Source: Verrucomicrobiota bacterium (GTDB lineage: Bacteria; Verrucomicrobiota; Verrucomicrobiia; Limisphaerales; SXQI01). Taken from it: 28,627 nt of DNA. The notes under the pieces were generated by a model. The model saw only the letters and a list, made by a program, of their open reading frames with translations, had not been told where the DNA came from and did no database searches. Made by a program: the position numbers and the translations under genes. Below are positions 1-8,925 of the stretch, piece after piece. The first letter of the stretch is position 1; the number at the start of each line of letters is the position of its first letter. The stretch spans positions 1 to 28,627 of the forward strand of contig JANRLX010000069.1 of the NCBI GenBank assembly GCA_033762115.1. Direction: 5' to 3'.

Positions 1-117
1 GAGCTGAAACTGGACGAACTCGTCACCCGCACTTATCCATTGGAAAATCTTCACCAGGCAATTCAGGACATGCTCGATGGAAAAAACGCCAAGGGAGTCA
101 TCACCTTCGATGAATAA
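1..117 (+). CDS. C-terminal fragment of a Zn-dependent alcohol dehydrogenase (MDR family), truncated by the window edge
   Basis: Frame 1 reads ELKLDELVTRTYPLENLHQAIQDMLDGKNAKGVITFDE* (TAA at 115-117), matching the typical 'LDELVT..YPLE.I..A...M..G....V' C-terminus of Zn-ADHs. Confidence 0.75.
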   Translation, partial: ELKLDELVTRTYPLENLHQAIQDMLDGKNAKGVITFDE

Positions 118-135
118 ATTAGTAGGCGCAAATTT

Positions 136-1428
136 TCAGTGCTGCAATTCCTGGACAATGTAAGGGGCGAATTCCGCATGAAAATGCGGAGGGATTCTCG
201 CCTTCAATTTTGCCTTCTCACCGTTGTAATCCTTTTCCACCACCTGCGCCACATCATGCAACCGCGCAATCACCGCTGAATTTTCATGCGGCACGGCCAA
301 CTCCACGAATTCGCGGATCGGTCGAATGGCTATGCCCAATTCCGCAAGCAACTCCTCCACTCCATCACCTGTGCGGGCAGAAATGAACACTGCATTCGGA
401 TAAAGGTCCTTCACCCGATGATTCAGCCCCGGGTCATTGACCCGGTCCACTTTGTTAAAAACCATCATCATCGGCTTTCCGGCGGCCCCGATCTCCTGGA
501 GCACTGCATTCACTGAATCGATCTGCTGTTCGAACTGTCCGTGGCTCAGGTCGACCACATGCAGGAGCAAATCAGCCAGCACCACCTCTTCAAGCGTGGC
601 CTTGAACGCCTCCACCAAGCCGTGGGGCAACTTGCGGATGAAACCTACTGTATCTGAAAGTAAAATGTTCTGGTTTGTGGGCAGTTGCAGCCGTCGGGTG
701 GTTGGGTCAAGCGTCGCAAACAATTTATCCTCGGCCAGCACCTGCGCTCCTGTCAGCCGGTTCAGCAACGTCGATTTCCCTGCATTTGTGTAACCCACAA
801 TGGAAGCCAGCGGCCACAGGCTCCTCTGCCTTCCCTGCCTTTGCGTTCCCCGTTGCCGCAGCACCACCTCGAGCTCCTCCCGGATTCGGTCGATCCGTTC
901 CTGCACCTTCCGCCGATCCGCTTCCAACTGCGTTTCACCTTCGCCACCACGCATCCCGATACCCCCCTTTTGACGGGACAAATGCGTCCAGTAGCGAGTC
1001 AGGCGCGGGAGCAAATGTTGAAGTTGTGCCAGTTCCACCTGCAGGCGTCCTTCGCGCGTCCGCGCCCGCTGCGCAAAAATATCCAGGATCAACGCCGTGC
1101 GGTCCAGCACCTTGCACTTGAAAATCTGCTCCAGGTTCCGGTTCTGGTTGGGGGAAAGTTCATCATCGAAAATCACCGTGTCCACTGTTAACTCGGCGCA
1201 TTGGGCAGCCAGCTGGTCAGCCTTGCCTGAACCAATAAAAGTCGCAGCCACCGGGGCCTCCAGCTTCTGCGTCGCCTGCCCCACCACCAACCCGCCTGCC
1301 GTTGTTGCAAGTTCCGCCAGTTCTGAAAGCGACTCCTGCACATTGACTGTCGAATGCGACTTTAATTCCAGCGCAACCAGAAAAACCCGTTCCGTTCGCT
1401 TCGTTGCCGTTTCTATCAGCGCTTTCAA
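136..1428 (-). CDS. hflX: Ribosome-splitting GTPase HflX
   Basis: 430 aa. HflX motifs DRTALILDIFAQRARTREGRLQVELAQL, G1 GYTNAGKS, LFATLDPT, G3 DTVGFI, G4 NKVD. TTG start. Confidence 0.97.
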   Translation of the reverse strand: MKALIETATKRTERVFLVALELKSHSTVNVQESLSELAELATTAGGLVVGQATQKLEAPVAATFIGSGKADQLAAQCAELTVDTVIFDDELSPNQNRNLEQIFKCKVLDRTALILDIFAQRARTREGRLQVELAQLQHLLPRLTRYWTHLSRQKGGIGMRGGEGETQLEADRRKVQERIDRIREELEVVLRQRGTQRQGRQRSLWPLASIVGYTNAGKSTLLNRLTGAQVLAEDKLFATLDPTTRRLQLPTNQNILLSDTVGFIRKLPHGLVEAFKATLEEVVLADLLLHVVDLSHGQFEQQIDSVNAVLQEIGAAGKPMMMVFNKVDRVNDPGLNHRVKDLYPNAVFISARTGDGVEELLAELGIAIRPIREFVELAVPHENSAVIARLHDVAQVVEKDYNGEKAKLKARIPPHFHAEFAPYIVQELQH

Positions 1429-1453
1429 TCGTCCTGCTTATGCTTCTGAGTGG

Positions 1454-1481
1454 AATATAGCCGCTTTCCCGTCCTCAGCAA
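1454..1481 (-). promoter_or_regulatory. Putative sigma70 promoter for hflX
   Basis: Minus strand TTGCTG-N16-TATATT, ending 25 nt upstream of the hflX start. Confidence 0.4.
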
Positions 1482-1536
1482 TCCTTGAAGTCACCTCAAA
1501 CTTGCTGACTGCGCCACATGCGCTTGGCATGGCTTG

Positions 1537-3339
1537 TTACTTGGAAGAACCTGCTTTTTTCGCTCGCTGTTTGACCAGCGCGTCATGGATTTGCTGAAGG
1601 AGACGTTGCGATGTGGGGTCGTCTGGATTCAGCCGGAGAGCAGTTTCAAGATGGTTCACTGCTTCCAGTATTTTCCCGAGATTGACCTGCGCCACCGCCA
1701 GGCTGCTGTGTATCCGGTGGTCTTCAGGGTCCTGCTGCACAGCCCTCAGCAGTGATTCTTCCGCTCCTTTCCAATCCTGCTGAACCAGCAGGACTGAGCC
1801 CAGGCCGAAATGCGCCTCTGGATAATTCGGTTGCCCCTCGATGGCTTTTCGGAAAAATGGAGCCGCTTCACGCGCTTTGCCATTCCCCTGGAGGAGTTGC
1901 GCGCGCGTCAGGTTGGCCCGGGGAAGATTAGGGTCTTTGCGCAGGTCGTGATCGGACCATTCCCAAAGTTTCTCCTGCATCTTTAGGCCGGAGGCCTGGG
2001 CCAAGAGGCGGCGATCAGCGGCGCTATCCACCAGCAATTGAAAAGTCAGCTGTGCCATTTCATCAGTCGTCTGCGGGCCGTAGGTCACCCGCCGGGGTGG
2101 ACGATGCGGATTTTGAATCCGGTTCGTTGAGTTATCATAAACAAACCGCATTCTTAAGGTGCTTCCTTTCGGCAATTTAATCGGTTCCTGGTAGCGATAC
2201 TCTCCCTGCCATTTGATGTTCCAATCACGAATCAGCAGCAGCGGAATCGCTTTCCCATCCGGCAAAATCGCTTCACTGCGAATTTCACGTCCAAGATAAT
2301 GAGCATGCGGGAGAATCCCGAGAACGCTCGCATCCACAGGCAGGACAAAGGACTCCGTAACCACATGGTTGGACTCCCCTGCCGGAATATCAATAATCAG
2401 GGACGTCAAAAAACATTTCACGGGTGTGTTCGTCGGAGGCTCGTCAGTGAAATATAAACCCACCGAAGGCTGGACCAGTTCCTCCTTGCCGGAAGGGTTC
2501 AGATGCGCCTGGATGACCAGGTCGGTCCCTTTGTTCAGTGCCCATGAAAGTCCCGGCGGGCTGAACGATGGAAGCTTCCCCGGTTGAAAGGTGACAAACT
2601 GCCCTTCCGGCATTTTCGCGCTCGGGGCCAGTTCCATATTTGATTCCGCAATCGACTGCTTCGTCAGAAGACGACGCGATTGCGACGTTTCATCCAGGTA
2701 AAGAAAAGCGTGATGCACAACCCGGGAATTCCCCGGACGAAACTCGATTCCCCGGACATATCTCTTCCTCTCCAGCGGAATCGGCAGGACGAAATTCCGG
2801 TAAATATCCTTGCCGTCGGCTTTCAACACGTACGGCTCCGCCAAAGACACCACCAGATTCGGTTCTCCCAGGAACCATCCTTCCGGCCAGGAGGGTGGGG
2901 GCGGCAGATCGGCGGGATTCCCCTCAGGTGCTCCGTTTTTGACCCACCTTTGAATTGCCGAAATCTCACCATCCGATAACAACCGCTCATCCTTGAAACG
3001 GACGACCGCCGGATCAGGCATCCATGGCGGCATAAGCCGTTGCTGCGTCACCTCGGCAACCTGCCGCGCACGTCTTTTGACATCATCAAAGGTCAAAAGA
3101 TTGAACGGCCCAGCCTGGCCCGGACGATGGCATGGCGAACAATTCTTCCAGATAATCGGCGCGATTTCCTTCGAAAAGGTAATCGACCCGGAATCCCTGC
3201 CAGTTTGGATTTCGGGAACTTCCGCTGCGCCTGTTCGCCCCACCGAAACGACACCGACAGTGAACAACAGCAGACCACAATGGATGATCCATCGTGCCAT
3301 TGAGCCTGGATACAAAATCTTTATGCCTCTTTTTCGCAC
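1537..3339 (-). CDS. Exported c-type heme + copper type II (PHM/DBH-like) monooxygenase-domain protein with C-terminal TPRs
   Basis: Signal-like hydrophobic N-terminus. CSPCH heme motif and LMPPW. VVHHA, QAHLN, LPHAHYLG and DEMA motifs. TPR helices (PEAHFGLGSVL..., ALRLNPDD). The real start may be the ATG at 3300 (MARWIIH). Confidence 0.75.
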   Translation of the reverse strand: MRKRGIKILYPGSMARWIIHCGLLLFTVGVVSVGRTGAAEVPEIQTGRDSGSITFSKEIAPIIWKNCSPCHRPGQAGPFNLLTFDDVKRRARQVAEVTQQRLMPPWMPDPAVVRFKDERLLSDGEISAIQRWVKNGAPEGNPADLPPPPSWPEGWFLGEPNLVVSLAEPYVLKADGKDIYRNFVLPIPLERKRYVRGIEFRPGNSRVVHHAFLYLDETSQSRRLLTKQSIAESNMELAPSAKMPEGQFVTFQPGKLPSFSPPGLSWALNKGTDLVIQAHLNPSGKEELVQPSVGLYFTDEPPTNTPVKCFLTSLIIDIPAGESNHVVTESFVLPVDASVLGILPHAHYLGREIRSEAILPDGKAIPLLLIRDWNIKWQGEYRYQEPIKLPKGSTLRMRFVYDNSTNRIQNPHRPPRRVTYGPQTTDEMAQLTFQLLVDSAADRRLLAQASGLKMQEKLWEWSDHDLRKDPNLPRANLTRAQLLQGNGKAREAAPFFRKAIEGQPNYPEAHFGLGSVLLVQQDWKGAEESLLRAVQQDPEDHRIHSSLAVAQVNLGKILEAVNHLETALRLNPDDPTSQRLLQQIHDALVKQRAKKAGSSK

Positions 3340-3713
3340 ATCAATGCCAACAGGTTATTGCCTGGGTCTCTAAAGAATGCCATCCAGAGTTCATGAGCGG
3401 GCATTTTTGCAACTAATCGCGGCTCTGCTTCAAATTTCAAACCTCGTTTCGCCAGCTGATCCCGGGTGGCGTGAATATCAGCAACACTGAAATAAATCGC
3501 TGCCGTAAACCGTTCCGCCTTGTCCCCTTGAAGTTGGCTCAACATGAGCCGCACACCTCCGCATGCAAAGAATGACATGCCTGGAGGAGCGTCGAACAAA
3601 TGCTTCAGCCCCAGAATATCGCGGTAAAATGCCTTCCCCTTCTCCAAATCATGAACGGTGATGCCAATCTGCCCGACACCGGTTAATTCAGCACTTAAAA
3701 GCTCATTCTTCAC
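3321..3713 (-). CDS. VOC (glyoxalase/bleomycin resistance) family protein
   Basis: 130 aa with GVGQIGITVHDLEKGKAFYRDILGL and WMAFFRDPGNNLLALM, the two VOC half-motifs. Confidence 0.9.
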   Translation of the reverse strand: MKNELLSAELTGVGQIGITVHDLEKGKAFYRDILGLKHLFDAPPGMSFFACGGVRLMLSQLQGDKAERFTAAIYFSVADIHATRDQLAKRGLKFEAEPRLVAKMPAHELWMAFFRDPGNNLLALMCEKEA

Positions 3714-3730
3714 GGGAAGGTAATAAAAGC

Positions 3731-3806
3731 TGGTGACCCCACCAGGAATTGAACCTGGATCTCAAGTTTAGGAAACTCGAGCTCTATCCATTTGAGCTAT
3801 GGGGTC
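3731..3806 (-). tRNA. tRNA-Arg (anticodon CCU)
   Basis: The reverse complement GACCCCATAGCTCAAATGGATAGAGCTCGAGTTTCCTAAACTTGAGATCCAGGTTCAATTCCTGGTGGGGTCACCA folds as a cloverleaf. Anticodon loop TTCCTAA, T-loop GTTCAAT, encoded CCA, 76 nt. Confidence 0.96.
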
Positions 3807-3821
3807 GGACAGAACCTCTCC

Positions 3822-3849
3822 AGCATAATCATTCCGCGTGAGATGACAA
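3822..3849 (-). promoter_or_regulatory. Putative sigma70 promoter of tRNA-Arg
   Basis: Minus strand TTGTCA-N16-TATGCT, ending 15 nt upstream of the mature tRNA 5' end. Confidence 0.55.
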
Positions 3850-3867
3850 GCGGCAGGAACGTTTCGA

Positions 3868-4293
3868 TTAAATCGATTTCCAGGCTAGCATCATTGCACC
3901 AATCACAATGAAAATGCCTCCGAGGAAATGCTGCAATGTCAACTGTTCCCGTAATACCCAGGCCGCAAGGAGCATGGCAAAAACCACGCTTAGCTTGTCC
4001 ACGGGGGACACACGAGAAACTTCACCGAGTTGCAGGGCTCGAAAATAGCAAATCCACGAGAGAGCAGTGGCAAGCGCAGACGCGATCAGAATGATCCAAG
4101 TCCTTTTTGAGAACTGCAAAAGGGCGCTCGGCGTCGATGTCATTGAAGCAATCACCGCGGCAAAGAGAAAAACAAAAAATGTTCTCGCGGCTGTCGCGAG
4201 ATTCGAGTTGACGCCCTCAACGCCGATCTTTGACAAAACCGCAGTCAAGGCGGCAAAAAATGCAGAAAGAAGAGACCAGTGCAGCCAGTTCAC
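3868..4293 (-). CDS. EamA/DMT family small membrane transporter (single EamA domain)
   Basis: 141 aa, about 5 TM segments. LSAFFAALTAVLSKIG, NSNLATA, SWICYFRALQLGEVSRVSPVDKLSVV. Confidence 0.9.
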   Translation of the reverse strand: MNWLHWSLLSAFFAALTAVLSKIGVEGVNSNLATAARTFFVFLFAAVIASMTSTPSALLQFSKRTWIILIASALATALSWICYFRALQLGEVSRVSPVDKLSVVFAMLLAAWVLREQLTLQHFLGGIFIVIGAMMLAWKSI

Positions 4294-4389
4294 TGAACGA
4301 TGCTACCATTTCAGAATGGTTGAGAAAAGATTCCTCCCCACATAGCATAAGACCGCTCAATTTCCATATAAAAACATCAATAAACAGCG

Positions 4390-4866
4390 ATGAACAAAAA
4401 TACGATCTGCCTTTGGTACAACCATGATGCGGAAGAAGCCGCACACTTTTACGCCCGGACCTTTCCTGACAGCAAGGTAGGCGCGGTACATCGTGCCCCG
4501 TCCGACTTTCCCGGTGGAAAGGCAGGCGACATCCTCCTGGTCGAGTTCACCATCTGTGGCATCCCCTGTGTTGGTCTCAACGGCGGTGACATCTTCAAGC
4601 ATAGTGAGGCGTTCTCGTTTCAGATTACCACCAATGACCAGGAGGAAACGGATCGCTATTGGAATGCAATCGTGAGTAATGGCGGCCAGGAGAGCGCTTG
4701 CGGCTGGTGCAAGGATAAATGGGGTCTCTCATGGCAGATCACACCGCGCATTTTGATCGAATCAATGGCCAGGGGCGGTAATGTCGCCAAACGCGCCTTT
4801 GAAGCAATGTTGAATATGCAGAAGATCGATGTCGCCACCATTGAGGCTGCTGTGCGCGGAGCTTAA
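4390..4866 (+). CDS. PhnB-like VOC protein (3-demethylubiquinone-9 3-methyltransferase-like domain family)
   Basis: ICLWYNHDAEEAAHFYARTFPDS, LNGG..FKHSEAFSFQI, QEETDRYWNAI, CGWCKDKWGLSWQITP. Confidence 0.9.
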   Translation: MNKNTICLWYNHDAEEAAHFYARTFPDSKVGAVHRAPSDFPGGKAGDILLVEFTICGIPCVGLNGGDIFKHSEAFSFQITTNDQEETDRYWNAIVSNGGQESACGWCKDKWGLSWQITPRILIESMARGGNVAKRAFEAMLNMQKIDVATIEAAVRGA

Positions 4867-5002
4867 TCCGCTCCTTTGGAAGAAATCACAACCGGCACGA
4901 AGCGGAGCTCACCCGCCGCCAGATACTCACCTGCGCGTGGTCCGCTGATCAATATCAGTTCCCATAAAACTCAATGCGAGATCAGTGCTGGCAAAATCTG
5001 TT

Positions 5003-6652
5003 TCAAGGTGGCGAAAAGGCAAACGGATCCACTCGATAACTTCTCTCCACGTAATCGAAGAAATCGAAATCCGCCGTGCGCCCGCTGCCGGACATGTCCT
5101 GGCAGGCCATCCCGATGAAATTCCCGGTGAAATTTGCCGTTCCCGGCGCCGCCGCTTCGTCAGAGAGAATGCTGGCGTCGAACTGTTCCGGGAGCCAGCG
5201 CCATTCACCTTCCCCTTCAATTCGATAGGCAAAGTGAAGCCGTTCGTAATCGATTTCAACACGCAGATGCACCGGCTTGCCGCTGGGAATCGTGATAGGT
5301 GTTGTAAACGCATCAGCCTGCAGGGAATCCGGAATGCACGACATCACCCGCAAATGTTTCCCGGTCCCCTCGTCATGGGAAATATAAAGGTAATGAAATT
5401 TTGAACTGTTGTAATAGCACACAAGCCCTGCCATTTGCTGGAAATGCTCCGGCTCGAACTCCATGATCGTCGCGGCGCTGACACAATGCGCCTGCTGACG
5501 GCGGGCGACGAGTGACTGCCGGAATGGCGAGCCCAGGCTCTCCCTTCCGAACAGGCGGAGAAATCCGGGCCGCGCCGTCACGCTGAAAATTTCCTCCGGC
5601 CAGGGCGTGCGCAACCACTGAAAATCAATCGGCAGCTTGGGTGAATAGAAATGTTCCCGCTGTACCGCAGGCGGAAAAACATGCGCACTCAAACCCGGTG
5701 AGGGTGATTTAACCGTGGGTGCCCCCTGGCCATCCATCGTGCGCAACCAGCCATCATCGTTCCAGATCATCTTCTGGATCGCCGTCTCTCGTCCAAGCGT
5801 GCAGCGGCCCCGGTTGCGCAATGGCCTGCCGCAGAGATAAGCGATGTACGTCTCCCCTTTCTGCGTTTCCACAAGGTCTGCATGTCCCGCCCGTTGCAAT
5901 TCAGCGTCGGGCCGATGCCGCGCGCTGAGGATATACTTGTCTGGATGCAATTCGTAGGGACCGTCTATTTTTCGTGAACGCGCCATCGTCACGGCATGTC
6001 CCCAGCTCGTGCCCCCCTCCGCCGTGAGCAGGTAATACCAGCCGTTCCGTTTGTAAAGATGCGGTGCCTCCGTGAAACCAAGCACCGTCCCATGAAAAAT
6101 TACCTTTCGTTCGCCGATCAGCTTTTTCTGGCTGACCGAATACTCCTGCAAAACGATCCCGGCAAATCGGTTCTTCCCCGCCCGGTGGTCCCAAAGCATG
6201 TTGACGAGATACTTGCGCCCATCGTCATCATGAAAAAGCGAGGGATCAAACCCGCTGCTGTTAAGGTAGGTTGGATCGGACCATTCCCCATCAATCACAG
6301 GACTCGTGACCAGATAGTTATGGAAGTCGCGCATCGACGCCCCCCCGGCCCCGCTCACCGTCGTCCGGCCGAACCGTTTCACATCCGTGTAAATCAGCCA
6401 GAACAACCCGTCCGAATGCGAAAGGCACGGGGCCCAAACACCGCAGGAATCAGGGTCCCCCAGCATATTCAGCTGGCTGGCCCGATTCAATGGCCTCGTC
6501 AGTAATCGCCAGTGGACCAGGTCCCGCGAATGATGAATCTGCACTCCCGGGAACCATTCGAACGTTGAAGTCGCAATGTAGTAATCATCCCCTACCCGCA
6601 GAATCGATGGATCCGGATTAAACCCGGGGAGAATGGGATTTTTGATGCTCAT
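5003..6652 (-). CDS. GH43 beta-xylosidase/arabinofuranosidase (XynB-like), cytoplasmic
   Basis: NPILPGFNPDPSI (catalytic base Asp), WAP, GFDPSLFHDDDG, TEAPHLYK (catalytic acid Glu), C-terminal beta-sandwich. No signal peptide. ATGA overlap with the upstream transporter. Confidence 0.95.
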   Translation of the reverse strand: MSIKNPILPGFNPDPSILRVGDDYYIATSTFEWFPGVQIHHSRDLVHWRLLTRPLNRASQLNMLGDPDSCGVWAPCLSHSDGLFWLIYTDVKRFGRTTVSGAGGASMRDFHNYLVTSPVIDGEWSDPTYLNSSGFDPSLFHDDDGRKYLVNMLWDHRAGKNRFAGIVLQEYSVSQKKLIGERKVIFHGTVLGFTEAPHLYKRNGWYYLLTAEGGTSWGHAVTMARSRKIDGPYELHPDKYILSARHRPDAELQRAGHADLVETQKGETYIAYLCGRPLRNRGRCTLGRETAIQKMIWNDDGWLRTMDGQGAPTVKSPSPGLSAHVFPPAVQREHFYSPKLPIDFQWLRTPWPEEIFSVTARPGFLRLFGRESLGSPFRQSLVARRQQAHCVSAATIMEFEPEHFQQMAGLVCYYNSSKFHYLYISHDEGTGKHLRVMSCIPDSLQADAFTTPITIPSGKPVHLRVEIDYERLHFAYRIEGEGEWRWLPEQFDASILSDEAAAPGTANFTGNFIGMACQDMSGSGRTADFDFFDYVERSYRVDPFAFSPP

Positions 6653-8055
6653 GAATTCCCAACTGCGACCGCCTCGCGGCCCACAATCGCCTCCTTCTTT
6701 TCCCAGCCCTTTTTAAGTTTGTAAAAATGCAGCAGGATGACCACAAGGACCGCCGCCACCAGCGGAGCACCGGCGAATGCAAGCTTGATCCCGAAAAGCG
6801 ACCGTTCCGTTTGCTCGACGTTCGCTTGATACCCGAAAACACCGAGAATCCAGCCTCCTGATCCGCCGCCAACTGAGATTCCCATTTTTAATGCGAACAA
6901 CTGTCCCGCAAAAAACATCGCCATCGCCCCACGGCCAATCGTTTTCAGCCCAAAATCGACCGTGTCCGGGATTGCTGCGAACAGCAACGGGAGAAACATC
7001 ATGTGAAAAAAATTCGCGAGCATGATCAGCACCAGCGAGGCTTCCCACCATTCCCGCGGCACGAACAACAGCAGCGAATTGGGAATGAGCGAACCGACCA
7101 ACGCGGTTTTCATCACCGTGACCTTGCACCACTGCAACTTCAGGAACAGCCGGTTGGCTACGAACACTCCCACCACACCCGCCAGCATCGTCAACCCCAT
7201 GTAAAGGGCCATGAAATTCTCCGTGATCGAAAAAATCCCCGTCAAATCGTGATTGATGTAATACTTGATGAAGTACGGCTTCACGTTCCCCTGCAAACCG
7301 CCCCGGATCTGAATAATAAACATCGCCAGCGTCACGATCAGCCACTGACTGTTGCGGAACATCGCGCTCAAATCCTCAAGCACGCTCGCTTTCCCTGCAT
7401 TCCCCTCCTCGTCCGGGTAAGAGCGTTCCTTCGTCCAGGCAAAACAGCCGAAGAGCGCGACCACCCCCACAATCGCGAGGATGCTGACAGCAAACGGAAA
7501 ACCCAGTTGCAATTGTTCCGGTTTCCCGCCCCCTCCCAGCAATCGTGAAAGCGGCCAGATCGAGACGGTCACAAGAAACCCGCCCACCATCGCCATGCCA
7601 AATCGCCACGATTGCAGTCCGGAACGTTCATCCTTGTCCGATGTCATCACTCCCGCCAGGGCAGAGTAGGGGATGTTCACCGCAGTATAGGCGGTCATCA
7701 GCAGCGCGTAGGAAATATAGGCATAAACCAGCTTTGCTCCGGGCGAAACATTCGGGGTGATGAATGCCGCCAATGCCAGCATCCCATACGGAATCGCAAA
7801 CCAGAGCATCCAGGGACGGTAGCGGCCCCACCTCGTCCGGGTCCGGTCGGCGATCCCGCCCATGATCGGATCGGTGATCGCATCGAAAAACCGAACCGCA
7901 ACCATCAACGTTCCCGCAGCCGCCGCTTCAATTCCATACACATCAGTATAGAAATACATCAGGACATTGATGACCGCCTGGTACACGATGTTGCTGGCCA
8001 TGTCCCCCAGCCCGTAGCCGAACTTTTCCCGCAGCGTTAGCTTTTGTTCAGCCAT
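6649..8055 (-). CDS. GPH family (MFS) glycoside-pentoside-hexuronide:cation symporter, probable xyloside importer
   Basis: EKFGYGLGD, DAITDPIMGGIADRTRTRWGRYRPW, NIPYSAL, about 12 TM segments. Translationally coupled to GH43. Confidence 0.93.
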   Translation of the reverse strand: MAEQKLTLREKFGYGLGDMASNIVYQAVINVLMYFYTDVYGIEAAAAGTLMVAVRFFDAITDPIMGGIADRTRTRWGRYRPWMLWFAIPYGMLALAAFITPNVSPGAKLVYAYISYALLMTAYTAVNIPYSALAGVMTSDKDERSGLQSWRFGMAMVGGFLVTVSIWPLSRLLGGGGKPEQLQLGFPFAVSILAIVGVVALFGCFAWTKERSYPDEEGNAGKASVLEDLSAMFRNSQWLIVTLAMFIIQIRGGLQGNVKPYFIKYYINHDLTGIFSITENFMALYMGLTMLAGVVGVFVANRLFLKLQWCKVTVMKTALVGSLIPNSLLLFVPREWWEASLVLIMLANFFHMMFLPLLFAAIPDTVDFGLKTIGRGAMAMFFAGQLFALKMGISVGGGSGGWILGVFGYQANVEQTERSLFGIKLAFAGAPLVAAVLVVILLHFYKLKKGWEKKEAIVGREAVAVGNS

Positions 8056-8058
8056 TCC

Positions 8059-8925
8059 CTATTTGCCTGCGGCTCTCTCCTGTCGGAGCAGCGATAGCAT
8101 TTTTTCACCATACCGCTTTCCAAATTCCCTCGAACCCTCCGCGGTGAAATGCAAACGATCATTGCTCCTGCACCCTCCCGAGGAAACCACATGGGAATTG
8201 GGAAGGGTCTTCGGCAATTCCGCGATGATCTCGTTGAATCCCGCGCAACGCCCTTCCTGGTCCGCATGCACCAGCTCGCCAGCGAGCAACGGCACTTCCT
8301 TCGGGTTCAGGTTCAGGTCTTTTATCAGGTTGTCATAAACTCCCTTCACCTTCTTCGGCCATTCCCTGTCCCCCGGGTTTGATTCTCCCTGGTGCAACAG
8401 GATTCCCTTGATCACACCCTCTTTTTGCGCCGCCCTGGCCATCTCCACCAAATACTGATACGGGTTTCCGTCATAGCTCTTGACGATATTTTTCATCCAC
8501 TCCCGCTCATTCTCGATGTAACTCTGGAACGTCTCTTTCTCGAACAATTCGATCTTGCAGCCGGGCACGGAAACCTTGATCACACCCACTCGAACCTCCT
8601 TTGGCAAACCGGCCACCAGCGTCCTTCCAAAATAATCAACCAGGCAAATGCCCCTCCCTTTCGCGGCCAGCGGCGGGATGGCATGATACCATTTCCCCTT
8701 CTCCCAGCCCCGGTCCGCGGCATCAAAATCCGCCATCACCCGGAACCGTTCATCCACAGTCCGGTCAGCATCATTCATCTCCCCTCCGCTCTCCATGTTC
8801 GATTGCCCCAGGCAGAGATAAATCTGGAAATTCGGATCCGGACCAGCCGAGGTTTTGATCACGATCGAAAGGAGCGTCGCCAGCGACAGTAACATCACTC
8901 TCATTTGATGGCCTCTTCTGCTCAC
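8059..8925 (-). CDS. Secreted SGNH carbohydrate esterase (CE6/SASA-type acetylxylan esterase)
   Basis: GQSNM nucleophile motif, ILLHQGESN, DRLHF, signal peptide. Alternative start ATG at 8904. Confidence 0.88.
   Translation of the reverse strand: MSRRGHQMRVMLLSLATLLSIVIKTSAGPDPNFQIYLCLGQSNMESGGEMNDADRTVDERFRVMADFDAADRGWEKGKWYHAIPPLAAKGRGICLVDYFGRTLVAGLPKEVRVGVIKVSVPGCKIELFEKETFQSYIENEREWMKNIVKSYDGNPYQYLVEMARAAQKEGVIKGILLHQGESNPGDREWPKKVKGVYDNLIKDLNLNPKEVPLLAGELVHADQEGRCAGFNEIIAELPKTLPNSHVVSSGGCRSNDRLHFTAEGSREFGKRYGEKMLSLLRQERAAGK

Noticed and set aside
4390..4866. PhnB-like gene as part of a phosphonate or Pho regulon
   Set aside because: No phn genes are nearby, no Pho-box-like repeat was seen upstream, and the family is widespread as a stand-alone VOC protein.
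3700..5000. Genomic island or prophage integrated at tRNA-Arg
   Set aside because: No integrase or transposase and no duplicated tRNA 3' end (att site) was found in the window.
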